Assembly (NCBI GenBank): GCA_025612245.1
Contig: JAAXKQ010000005.1
Coordinates: 70,009-134,008 of the forward strand
Length of the DNA: 64,000 nt
Reading direction: 5' to 3'
Origin: Ignavibacteria bacterium
GTDB taxonomy: Bacteria > Bacteroidota > Ignavibacteria > Ignavibacteriales > SURF-24
Shown here: positions 1 to 8,118 of the stretch, in pieces
Numbering within the stretch: the stretch's first letter is position 1
Layout of the letters: every line of letters starts with the position of its first letter
Made by a program: the position numbers and the translations under genes
The notes under the pieces: generated by a model
The model's database searches: none
Told to the model about the DNA's origin: nothing
The model's input: the letters and a program-made list of their open reading frames with translations, nothing else

Positions 1-60
1 TCTCCCGTGCTGAGAATAAATTATTAAGCCGGTCTTTCAGCACTGAAAGGCTTACTTTAA

Positions 61-99
61 GGAAAGTGTTACTTAAGTTTTAACACTTTCCTTTTTTTT
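61..99 (+). terminator. Rho-independent terminator of a gene ending upstream of the window
   Basis: Perfect 11-bp stem GGAAAGTGTTA (61-71) / TAACACTTTCC (81-91) with a 9-nt loop, followed by a T8 run (92-99). Confidence 0.7.
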
Positions 100-300
100 A
101 TCCCGAAGGCTCTTTCCGGTTTTAAGACGAGAGTTGCAGGCATTTGCATTATAGACCCCGGAAGCCTTAATTCCCCAAATCAGATTTTAACTAAAAATTC
201 TCACTTCCGGTGTGACTTAGAATAAAAATACACGACGTCTTATTATTAAATTATTTAGAAAGGAGTGGTTTTTCCGTTACAAGAATGAAAGGCTTTAAGC

Positions 301-759
301 GTGAGATCAGTAATATGCCCAATATCACCGGAACGGGTAAATGAGAACACAGTAAGAATAACAGGTTTTTTTGTCTCACTGCTCCTTGCAATATATCTCG
401 TTACAGGCAACATATACTTAATCTGGGTATTAGTGCCTGATTTTTATATCAGGACATTTACTCCCCTAAAATACAGTCCGCTTAGCGGTACAGCTTCCAT
501 TGTGGCACGTTTGTTCAGGCTCCCGGTAATAAAAATCCCAAAAGCGCCAAAGATTTTTGCCGCACGCTTGGGATTTCTTTTGTCACTTGTAATAGTGCTG
601 CTGCATTATTCGGGGATGAATCTGAGCAGTGACATAATTGCCATGCTTATGATGCTATTTGCACTGCTTGAAGCTGCACTTAATATTTGTGTGGGATGCC
701 AGGTATATACATACCTGATCCTGCCATTTTACAAGAAAGAGCTGGAAGCAGGCGACTGA
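301..759 (+). CDS. DUF4395-like small integral membrane protein
   Basis: 152-aa ORF with a GTG start. The N-terminal CPISPERVNENTVRITGFF motif is followed by several hydrophobic helices, the pattern I associate with DUF4395. The start codon is uncertain. Confidence 0.5.
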   Translation: MRSVICPISPERVNENTVRITGFFVSLLLAIYLVTGNIYLIWVLVPDFYIRTFTPLKYSPLSGTASIVARLFRLPVIKIPKAPKIFAARLGFLLSLVIVLLHYSGMNLSSDIIAMLMMLFALLEAALNICVGCQVYTYLILPFYKKELEAGD

Positions 760-771
760 CTCCCGGGCTAT

Positions 772-1854
772 TTAGTTTCTCAGTCTCAAAAGGTTTTTCC
801 AGCTAGCGGTAAGGGGCTGCATAATCTCATCCACCCTTTCATCCTGTTTTCTTACGAGTGGGATTTCCGGATTAAATGAGGCCGAGGTTCCGAAATCCTC
901 AACTGTTCCGCGTTCAATATAGAAAGCAATAAGGTCAGCGAGCCTGGAAAGGACAACCCTTGAAAAGTAAGGTCCAATCCACCATATATAGGGGCCCGGG
1001 TTGCAGTCAAGCAGATAAAGACTGTTATCCGGTGCAACAATGACGTCCCAGGCGGAGAAGTTTAAGCCCAGGAGCCTGTTTGCCCTGGCGATTAAGGCTT
1101 CGTGTTCGGGGCTGAGGCTTACGGCTTCAAATCCCTTTGCATCGCTGCGGCTGTCGATGTCCTCAGAAACAATCCTGAGAGCAAGAACAACACTGTTTCC
1201 AACCGTGTGGACCCTGATAGTGCTGCCTTTTATTTCCTCCTGGAATAAAGAAGGGCAGTATTGGAGTTCTTCTTTCTCCGGCACCATGTTTTTCAAAAGC
1301 CTCCTTGTTCCTCCGACGCCATAGCCGGCCTTGATGATAAATTCCTCATCATTATGGAGAATCTTTTTTTTATAAAACCTGAGGCTGCCGGTTGCAAATG
1401 TATATGGAACAGGCAGGCCTTCTTGTTCAAGCATGTAGAAAAACTGTGCCTTGGCGTTGTGATGGAAATACGCAGATGGAGGGTTGATTACGAGAGCGCC
1501 TCTTTTTTCAAGCAGGCCGATCATGCCTGAAAATACTTTCTGCCTTGACTCTTCCATTAAGTAGCGTGCCTGCCAGAGGCTGAATTCAGCCGCGTTCAGA
1601 AGAGGCGGAATTACCGGAGGAACGCCGGTATTGATGCACCTTATGTAGACTGCCTTTACCGCAGAGAGATCCTCGCCGTAGACAATTTTATCGTTCCCAA
1701 GTACAATGTTGCTGGTTTTTATCTTGCCGTCTTCCTTAAAAGCCAGCATATAGGGCTTTTTCCCGCGTGACGAAAGTTCTTCAAAAAGAGTTACCGACTG
1801 GGGATCGTTAGCCTCTGGGGCAATTATAAGGCAGTCGGGACTGAAGTGATTCAT
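772..1854 (-). CDS. ATP-grasp family enzyme (RimK/glutathione-synthetase-like fold)
   Basis: 360 aa. Central IIKAGYGVGGTRRL (nucleotide-binding Lys/Gly-rich loop), QEEIKGSTIRVHTVG, and a C-terminal LYLLDCNPGP (D-x-N metal-ligand motif). Overlaps the upstream gene by 4 nt (1851-1854). Last gene of the minus-strand operon. Confidence 0.7.
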   Translation of the reverse strand: MNHFSPDCLIIAPEANDPQSVTLFEELSSRGKKPYMLAFKEDGKIKTSNIVLGNDKIVYGEDLSAVKAVYIRCINTGVPPVIPPLLNAAEFSLWQARYLMEESRQKVFSGMIGLLEKRGALVINPPSAYFHHNAKAQFFYMLEQEGLPVPYTFATGSLRFYKKKILHNDEEFIIKAGYGVGGTRRLLKNMVPEKEELQYCPSLFQEEIKGSTIRVHTVGNSVVLALRIVSEDIDSRSDAKGFEAVSLSPEHEALIARANRLLGLNFSAWDVIVAPDNSLYLLDCNPGPYIWWIGPYFSRVVLSRLADLIAFYIERGTVEDFGTSASFNPEIPLVRKQDERVDEIMQPLTASWKNLLRLRN

Positions 1855-2885
1855 CGAAGCTCCTGATTCTGCTGGATTTCAAACAAGTGGACCAGCATTC
1901 TTTTTAAGAATATTGTCTTTCTTTTTCCCTGAATTACAGGCTTTCGGGGAATCTTTTTCTCCAGGCCTGACTTTTTCAGCATGCCTTCCAGGAGACACGA
2001 CAATGTATAAGTCTGTGCCGCCTGATCCATGTAGGAAATGTTGGGGTCAAATGATACGTCGTAGAACCAGAAATTCCCACTGTCATCCAGAACGCCGAAA
2101 GCCTCGTAAAAGCTCATTCCAAGCAGTCTAAAGAGGGTCTTACCCATATTCTTCAGCACTGGCTGAGGGATATAATGCGTAAATTTTTCCAGCTCCTCTT
2201 TGAAGGCCCCCCTTTCAGGCGGTGAAATCAGACTGATCAGAAGCGGGTTGTCCTCAAAAAATGTAAGCCTTAAAAGGCTTCCGCGCTTTGGTTCATACAT
2301 TAGGTGCGGAAGCGCTAAACTGCCCGCATTAAAAAGTTCTTCCAGCTTCTCGGAACCTATCTCCCTTACAGGCGTCATGGAATCGGGGCTGGACCAGAGA
2401 ATTCCCCCCAGGCGATTGAACATAAGCCTCGCTTCAGAAAGTGAGTTTGTAAGGCATAATTCCGGGACACTTAGCCCTGCATCCTTTAGTCTCATGAGCA
2501 CTTCATGCCTCGAAGTCAGGTTTAAGGACAAGCTGAAATCATTTATTACGGTATATTCATTTTTTTTTGACGAGAGTATGTAAAGCAGGCTGTAGAGCTG
2601 GCTTGTCTGCTGCTGCTGCGACAAGTGAAAGTCCTGAAAAAAGGTCCAGTCGGCAGAAGGTTTTAAGGCAGGGCCGAAGGGGAACCTATAATAGACTCCT
2701 GAAAGAAAAAATACGGATCCTTTTTCGGGCCTGGAGCCACACAGGAGTATTTCCTCCGGGGAAATTGATACTGTAAATTGAGGATCCTTCGGGCACAAAT
2801 TCCTACATTTGATTCCGTTTTTCCGTGCTATTTTCTTCAAGAGCTCCGTCTGAGGGTTATAGTCATCACTTATCAAATAGAGCAT
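1851..2885 (-). CDS. Divergent ATP-grasp-like protein
   Basis: 344 aa. The layout matches an ATP-grasp: RHEVLMRLKDAGLSVPE, then GGILWSSPDS, then LLRLTFFEDNPL, then GVLDDSGNFWFYDVSFDPN. The D-x-N metal motif reads D-V-S, so it is degenerate. Overlaps the TolC-like gene by 20 nt. Confidence 0.45.
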   Translation of the reverse strand: MLYLISDDYNPQTELLKKIARKNGIKCRNLCPKDPQFTVSISPEEILLCGSRPEKGSVFFLSGVYYRFPFGPALKPSADWTFFQDFHLSQQQQTSQLYSLLYILSSKKNEYTVINDFSLSLNLTSRHEVLMRLKDAGLSVPELCLTNSLSEARLMFNRLGGILWSSPDSMTPVREIGSEKLEELFNAGSLALPHLMYEPKRGSLLRLTFFEDNPLLISLISPPERGAFKEELEKFTHYIPQPVLKNMGKTLFRLLGMSFYEAFGVLDDSGNFWFYDVSFDPNISYMDQAAQTYTLSCLLEGMLKKSGLEKKIPRKPVIQGKRKTIFLKRMLVHLFEIQQNQELR

Positions 2886-4608
2886 GTTCCGCCTTCTGAT
2901 TGTCCGTATTATTTATGATTTCCAGGGCCGTCCGGGGTTTAATTCCCAGGTATTGCATAAACTGTATGAGCAGGTCTATCTGGCTGTCGTAAACATTAAG
3001 TATGGCCATTGTTTCCGACAGGCCGGTTTTTTTATACTCGCTGTAGTCAAAGCGTGAAATACGCTGTATTTTGAAGAGCTCCTCGCCTTCCTTCATTATT
3101 TTGTTTGCGTAGGAGAGGTTATTGCGCGCTGAATTAAGGCTGATGTTGGAGGATTTCAGCTTAAATAAAAATTCATTTACCTGCAGATTAATATTCTCCT
3201 TTGTACTTTTGAGGTTCTGTTCCTGCTGTTCGTAATCTTCAATTGCAATCTGCCTCTGTATCCCGGAAGGGGAGGAAAAAAGGCTGAACCTGTAGTTAAA
3301 GCCTACATTCCAGGCAATGCCGTCGGGTTTACGGAAAAGGTTTCCAAGTGAATTTGTAATGGTGGAATATCCAAGCTCATCTGACTCAAAGACAGCCATG
3401 TTGCCTGTAAGAGAAATATCCGGCTTATACTGGTTAAGTGAATAGGCTAAGTTTACCTTTGCCTGTTCGAGCGACTTACGGGAAATTTCTATTTCCGGGT
3501 GCATATCTATAATTTTATCAGTCCCATCCTGCAGGCAGTTATTTACAAGGAACTTTTCGAAAGCCTCAAGATAGGTGTGTACGGAGTCAATTTGTGGAAT
3601 AAAAAGGTACATGTCCTGTGAGTTGACTACACTAGCCGGGTTCAGCTTTGCTGAAAGTGATATATAGTCGAAGAGCATCTGGTCCTTATCAGAAAGCATT
3701 TGCCTGTGTTCTTTTTCTATACGCAGGCGGTCGTAAACCGAGATCAAGTTTTTTGCAGTCAGTACCTGCTGGTCCTGCAACTGAACTTCCGTAAGCGCAA
3801 TCATCTCATGAATCAGCTTGAGCTTGTTCCAGAGGAAATATATTTTGAAGTAGTTTTTAATGGTCTCGTAGGATATGCTGTTTACTGCAATCTGTGAATT
3901 AGTTTTTGCAATATCGATGCTGATTTTTGTAATCTTCTTCTCATTCTCAACAGAAGAGCCTTCCTGTCCGGCATTCTTAAATAGGGGAAGTTCAAAACTG
4001 TTAGACAGTATGGCGCTCCATGGATAGCCGTATGCCTGTGGGAGGACCCTGTTTTTTAAGGAAAGGTTAAGCGCGTTGATGGAAAGTCCGTATGAAGTCC
4101 TGTAGTTAAAGCCCATACTATAAGACTGAAGAAAGTCCCTGTAGTCTGTACTTGCGTGGAGCTCAATTTCTCTTTCCTCCCATCTCAGAGGCTGGGGGAT
4201 CCACATGACGCCGCGGCCGCCGTTGGGAAGCCTGTAATCTGACTTAATTGGGTTCCTGTTATCCCATTCGACGGGAACCCTTGCATTTACGTCAACCAGT
4301 CTGTCGTATGAGCGGTAACCCTGAAGGCCTGCAGAGAGGTTAAAAACGGGTTTATAAGTCTCATCCGACAAAGAAAGCTGAAGGTCGTACTTTTGGATCT
4401 GTGTCCTGATAGAGCCGATTGCATAGGAGCTGCTGACCTGGTGGCGGATAATATCCCCGAGGTCCCTTGCTTTAAGTGAATCAAATACGGCAGAGCGCCC
4501 GGGAAAGATCTTGTTAAAATTATCAAGTATATCGCTTTCCGTCTGGGCATGAGCCGTTGCGGCATAAACAGCTAATATAAACAGTATTCTAGCGAATGAT
4601 CTCAGCAT
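2866..4608 (-). CDS. TolC-like outer-membrane channel (outer membrane efflux protein family)
   Basis: Start reassigned to the ATG at 4606-4608, giving the signal peptide MLRSFARILFILAVYAATAHAQ. About 580 aa with two-fold coiled-coil/beta-barrel organisation typical of the OEP family. The 5' end overlaps the upstream gene by 20 nt. Confidence 0.8.
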   Translation of the reverse strand: MLRSFARILFILAVYAATAHAQTESDILDNFNKIFPGRSAVFDSLKARDLGDIIRHQVSSSYAIGSIRTQIQKYDLQLSLSDETYKPVFNLSAGLQGYRSYDRLVDVNARVPVEWDNRNPIKSDYRLPNGGRGVMWIPQPLRWEEREIELHASTDYRDFLQSYSMGFNYRTSYGLSINALNLSLKNRVLPQAYGYPWSAILSNSFELPLFKNAGQEGSSVENEKKITKISIDIAKTNSQIAVNSISYETIKNYFKIYFLWNKLKLIHEMIALTEVQLQDQQVLTAKNLISVYDRLRIEKEHRQMLSDKDQMLFDYISLSAKLNPASVVNSQDMYLFIPQIDSVHTYLEAFEKFLVNNCLQDGTDKIIDMHPEIEISRKSLEQAKVNLAYSLNQYKPDISLTGNMAVFESDELGYSTITNSLGNLFRKPDGIAWNVGFNYRFSLFSSPSGIQRQIAIEDYEQQEQNLKSTKENINLQVNEFLFKLKSSNISLNSARNNLSYANKIMKEGEELFKIQRISRFDYSEYKKTGLSETMAILNVYDSQIDLLIQFMQYLGIKPRTALEIINNTDNQKAEHALFDK

Positions 4609-6847
4609 AGTCTCCCGGTAAAATTTTATTTCTTGACTGTTCGGTGATCTGGACTGAAATGAGTCCGTCACGATTGGATAATATTTTTCCTTTCCCCGCA
4701 TAGGCCATTTCCTGTTCGCCAAGGAAATCCGACTTTGCGTTGCTGATCCTGGCAAACCTGACTTCCTTTCCGGCCTCAACAATCATGCTTGCCGGAAGCC
4801 TGAGCTGTGCAATTCCATTTTCAACTTTTACAACTTCCATGTAAAGCGGGACGTGCATCGTCACCTCAAAGACCATGCGGAACAAGTTAGGCGGATTGCT
4901 TTTTGCAACCATGCGGTTATAAAAGAGCTGCTTTTTTACTCCCGGTTTTTCCTTGAAGCAATTGAAAACATATTCATTAAGGCCGTCTTTCTGGTTAACC
5001 TGGCAATAGAGGGCTACCTTGGAAATCCTGTTCAGGTTAGCCTGTGAAAGCCTCAGGTTTTCGACATCCACGACTTCAAAGCCGCGTTGTGAAAGATTTG
5101 CCACCAGTGCACTTTTAAGCCTGCTGACGTCAAGTTTTCCATGAGCCTTGACAGGCATGAGAAATATCTTGTTCACCTTGGAGAGGCTTTCAGAATTGAA
5201 GCTCTGGAACATGGTTCTTAATTTACTCTCATCAACAGCTGCCCAGTCGCCATACGGGTGCAATGTAAAGGAGCTGCTGGAATAAATGACTGTCGGATCT
5301 GCCGTCCTGAGTATTGCCTGTATATTTGAAACGACGTTCTGCGAAATGTTATCTTTGCACCACATTAAAGACAAAGGCTCGCTGCCTACGGAGAAGTTCT
5401 CTATGAGATTTGCTCCAGGGTTGGCGTACTTGTAGTAGTAGGCCGCCTCTTCGCTCACGAAGGCCACGTCGCTTTTGCCAGCAATGACAGAGTCAATTGC
5501 ATTGTAGGACATTTTTGCGTAGCTGAGCCTTGAGAAGTATGTCTCGGGATCGACGCCGCTTTTATAGAGCGAGAGGAAGGGTGAAAGGTAAGCATTTTTT
5601 GAAAACACAGCCTTAGTTCCCCTGATGCCATAAATATTTTTGAAAGTCCTTCTGCTCGAAACGGCAACGACATTAACGTAATTTTTCTTGCTCCAGGTCC
5701 TAATCAGTATAGGATGCCCGGAATGCGAAGAGTACAGCCGGTCCGAGATAATATTGTTGAAAATTGCAATGCTTACCGCGCCACTGGTGTAAGCATCGTA
5801 GAGCTCTTCCTCGGAGCCGTAAATCTTGAGCTGGAACTCCACGCCGCAGTTTTTCTTCAGGAACTGCAGCACGGGTTGCCATTCGGCTGCCATGGTGGTG
5901 TTTCCCACCGGCAAGACTGAAGTGCTGCTGATGCCGATTACCACGTCGCCTATACCGGCTAAGCCCTGAAGAGAATTGTTCCCTATAATGGTGAGTTTCG
6001 GGAACTGCGACTGCAGGTCCTCCATTATGCTTGAGCGTTCCTCGGCATTTGTGGATTTCATGTACATGGAATACTTATCCCAGAATTTTTTCCATGCAAA
6101 AGCCTTGGGGTAAAGGTTATTGAATATATATTTAACAGTGCTGTACATGCCGGGAAATTTTTCCTTGAGAACAATGTCGTGAGCCTGAAGTATGTTTGTA
6201 ATGTTAGAGCCGTACGTAAAGAGCGAGTCTATCTTCCAGGATTCCGGCGCAACACTTGCAGCCTCCGGAGGGAGGGGATAATCGTTGTAAAACTTTACGA
6301 ATGGAACGACTTCACGGAACAGGTCGACCAGGAACAGCATGTCGGGATTGTTTTGTTTTACAAGCCTGAAATCCTCCTCATTCATAGCAGCCAGGCTGAC
6401 GTCGCCGTAGGTGGCAAACTCAATTTCAAGATTTATCACGTTCTTTCTGACAATCAGTTCACCGTAAATTTTCTTCAGCTCCTGCCTGGAAGGATATTTG
6501 TCAACTGCCAGCCTGAAGGTTTCTGTCAGGTCGTCAGTTTTTGTAAGAAGAGTATCGATCTGCTCCATTGTGGTGAAATTTCGTTCGGAATACTTAATGT
6601 AATTTTCAAACTCGCCCGTTATCTTTTTAACGTACAGGTTCTCCTCTCGGACGCCTCTGACATAAATAATAGCCGTAAGCAGGACGGAAAGGAATACAAC
6701 CAGGGTTACTCCGAGCATCGTTTTTCTTTTCTTTGAGAGCCTGAAAGCGTTGACCGGTTCTTCTTTAGGGGCTTCTTCTTTTGGAGTTTCTTCCTGTTCA
6801 AGGAAAAGCTTTATTCCCTCTTCATCTGTTATTTTATATTTATTCAC
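4589..6847 (-). CDS. Single-pass membrane protein with large extracytoplasmic region containing a PhnD-like (type-2 periplasmic binding protein) domain
   Basis: 752 aa. Charged N-terminus, then one TM helix (MLGVTLVVFLSVLLTAIIYV). The central segment EWQPVLQFLKKNCGVEFQLKIYGSEEELYDAYTSGAVSIAIF...GTKAVFSKNAYLSPFLSLYKSGVDPETYF...SDVAFVSEEA resembles phosphonate-binding (PhnD) folds. Its start codon directly abuts the upstream stop codon (6847/6848). Confidence 0.55.
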   Translation of the reverse strand: MNKYKITDEEGIKLFLEQEETPKEEAPKEEPVNAFRLSKKRKTMLGVTLVVFLSVLLTAIIYVRGVREENLYVKKITGEFENYIKYSERNFTTMEQIDTLLTKTDDLTETFRLAVDKYPSRQELKKIYGELIVRKNVINLEIEFATYGDVSLAAMNEEDFRLVKQNNPDMLFLVDLFREVVPFVKFYNDYPLPPEAASVAPESWKIDSLFTYGSNITNILQAHDIVLKEKFPGMYSTVKYIFNNLYPKAFAWKKFWDKYSMYMKSTNAEERSSIMEDLQSQFPKLTIIGNNSLQGLAGIGDVVIGISSTSVLPVGNTTMAAEWQPVLQFLKKNCGVEFQLKIYGSEEELYDAYTSGAVSIAIFNNIISDRLYSSHSGHPILIRTWSKKNYVNVVAVSSRRTFKNIYGIRGTKAVFSKNAYLSPFLSLYKSGVDPETYFSRLSYAKMSYNAIDSVIAGKSDVAFVSEEAAYYYKYANPGANLIENFSVGSEPLSLMWCKDNISQNVVSNIQAILRTADPTVIYSSSSFTLHPYGDWAAVDESKLRTMFQSFNSESLSKVNKIFLMPVKAHGKLDVSRLKSALVANLSQRGFEVVDVENLRLSQANLNRISKVALYCQVNQKDGLNEYVFNCFKEKPGVKKQLFYNRMVAKSNPPNLFRMVFEVTMHVPLYMEVVKVENGIAQLRLPASMIVEAGKEVRFARISNAKSDFLGEQEMAYAGKGKILSNRDGLISVQITEQSRNKILPGDYAEIIR

Positions 6848-8098
6848 TTATCTTTTCTCCTTAAATGAGGAAGGGTGGATGTTGTATTTTGTACAAAGCT
6901 GATAGATCCTTGAGAATGACAGACCGGCAGCCTTTGCCACCTGTTTGATTTCACCCTTGCATTCAGTCATCATTTTTTCCAGGGAGTCTTTGCTGTTAAC
7001 ACTTTTGGTGCCGTTTCCCATTGCAGGCACTTCCTCGGCAATAGGTTTATTTATTCCGTTAAACCTGTTCTGGTAAGTTTCCGTCAGGTGCTCAATTGAA
7101 GAAACGCTTCCTTCGGGTGTCAGTGCAATGATGAGTTTTGCAATGTTTTCAAGTTCCCTGATATTTCCCGGATAGTCGTACCTTGAGAACAGGAATTCCT
7201 TTAATTCTGCGCCCAGCTCCGGAACGGGCAGGTTCAGCTCCCTGGAAATGTTGCCCAGAAAATGTTCCAGCAGAAGCGGTATCTCGTCTTTTCTCTCCCT
7301 TAAAGGCGGCATATAGATCTCGCAGACCGAGAGCCTGTAATAAAGGTCCTCCCTGAACTTACCCTGCTCCATAAGGCGGCTTAAATTTTTATTCGTTGCG
7401 GCAATTACCCTTACATCAACGTTGACCGTTCTGTCCAATCCGATCTTTTGAATTTCGCCGAACTGAAGGACGCGCAAAAGTTTAACCTGAGTGCTTTCGT
7501 TGAGTTCACCTATTTCATCAAGAAATATGGTACCCCCGTCGGCTTCTTCGAACTTGCCGGGTCTGAAGCCTGAAGCTCCGGTAAAGGAGCCTTTCTGATA
7601 TCCGAAAAGCTCAGACTCAATCAGCTGCTCCGGTATGGCTCCGCAGTTTACTGGAAGGAATTTCTCTTTTTTGCTCAGCTGGTGAATTACCCTGGCAAAG
7701 ACTTCCTTGCCCGTACCGGTCTCACCAGTAATCAGTATCGGGTAGCCCGTTTTGGCAAAGCGAACGGCCATAGTAAGCAGCTTCATTATTTTGGGATTTT
7801 TACCGATAAAGTTCGGAAATTCGAACTCAGGAGCCCCGGTTCCTTCAGAAATGCCGTAGACATTACTTACCGGTGAGAACGATACGATCTGCCCACGAAG
7901 CATGTCCAGCTCGGTCAAAATCGAATGTCTTTCGGATTCCAGTAGCCTGCTGTTTGCAACCATCTGCCCCCGCAGGACTTCCACATGAAGGAGCATGTTA
8001 TTAATCCTGCTGCCCGAGCTGTAAAACGAAGCACTAACTTTGGCATCCAGTCTGTTGTTATCCTCAAGAGGAAGAATCTTCAGTTTAGTATTTTTCAT
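6848..8098 (-). CDS. Sigma-54-dependent transcriptional activator (bEBP) without a recognisable receiver or sensor domain
   Basis: 416 aa. AAA+ core with Walker [16 protein letters not shown], the GSFTGA loop (GAFTGA variant), Walker [19 protein letters not shown] and [11 protein letters not shown]-terminal Fis-type HTH (IKQVAKAAGLSFSRIYQLCTKY). Only about 95 aa of coiled-coil-like sequence lie N-terminal to the AAA+ core. Confidence 0.9.
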   Translation of the reverse strand: MKNTKLKILPLEDNNRLDAKVSASFYSSGSRINNMLLHVEVLRGQMVANSRLLESERHSILTELDMLRGQIVSFSPVSNVYGISEGTGAPEFEFPNFIGKNPKIMKLLTMAVRFAKTGYPILITGETGTGKEVFARVIHQLSKKEKFLPVNCGAIPEQLIESELFGYQKGSFTGASGFRPGKFEEADGGTIFLDEIGELNESTQVKLLRVLQFGEIQKIGLDRTVNVDVRVIAATNKNLSRLMEQGKFREDLYYRLSVCEIYMPPLRERKDEIPLLLEHFLGNISRELNLPVPELGAELKEFLFSRYDYPGNIRELENIAKLIIALTPEGSVSSIEHLTETYQNRFNGINKPIAEEVPAMGNGTKSVNSKDSLEKMMTECKGEIKQVAKAAGLSFSRIYQLCTKYNIHPSSFKEKR

Positions 8099-8118
8099 GT
8101 CTCTGTTTTTCTATGAAT

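Noticed and set aside
285-344. A 19-codon ORF (MKGFKREISNMPNITGTGK) overlapping the DUF4395 start, considered as a possible leader peptide or attenuator.
   Set aside because: There is no associated alternative-hairpin structure and no amino-acid run typical of attenuation leaders. The upstream AGGAG could equally serve the DUF4395 gene.
4609-4782. 58-codon N-terminal extension of the TolC-like ORF (ORF track 2866-4782).
   Set aside because: The extension lies entirely inside the upstream PhnD-like gene and is hydrophilic. The internal ATG at 4606-4608 gives a canonical signal peptide (MLRSFARILFILAVYAATAHAQ), so the CDS was shortened to 2866-4608.
6179-6736. Long opposite-strand ORFs inside well-supported genes: 6179-6736, 25015-25500, 39012-39593, 42357-42851, 45024-45494, 49453-49950, 51966-52526, 58767-59252 and many shorter ones.
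   Set aside because: Each lies wholly within a longer ORF with clear family motifs on the other strand. Their translations are low-complexity (Ser/Leu/Pro/Arg-rich) with no recognisable motif.
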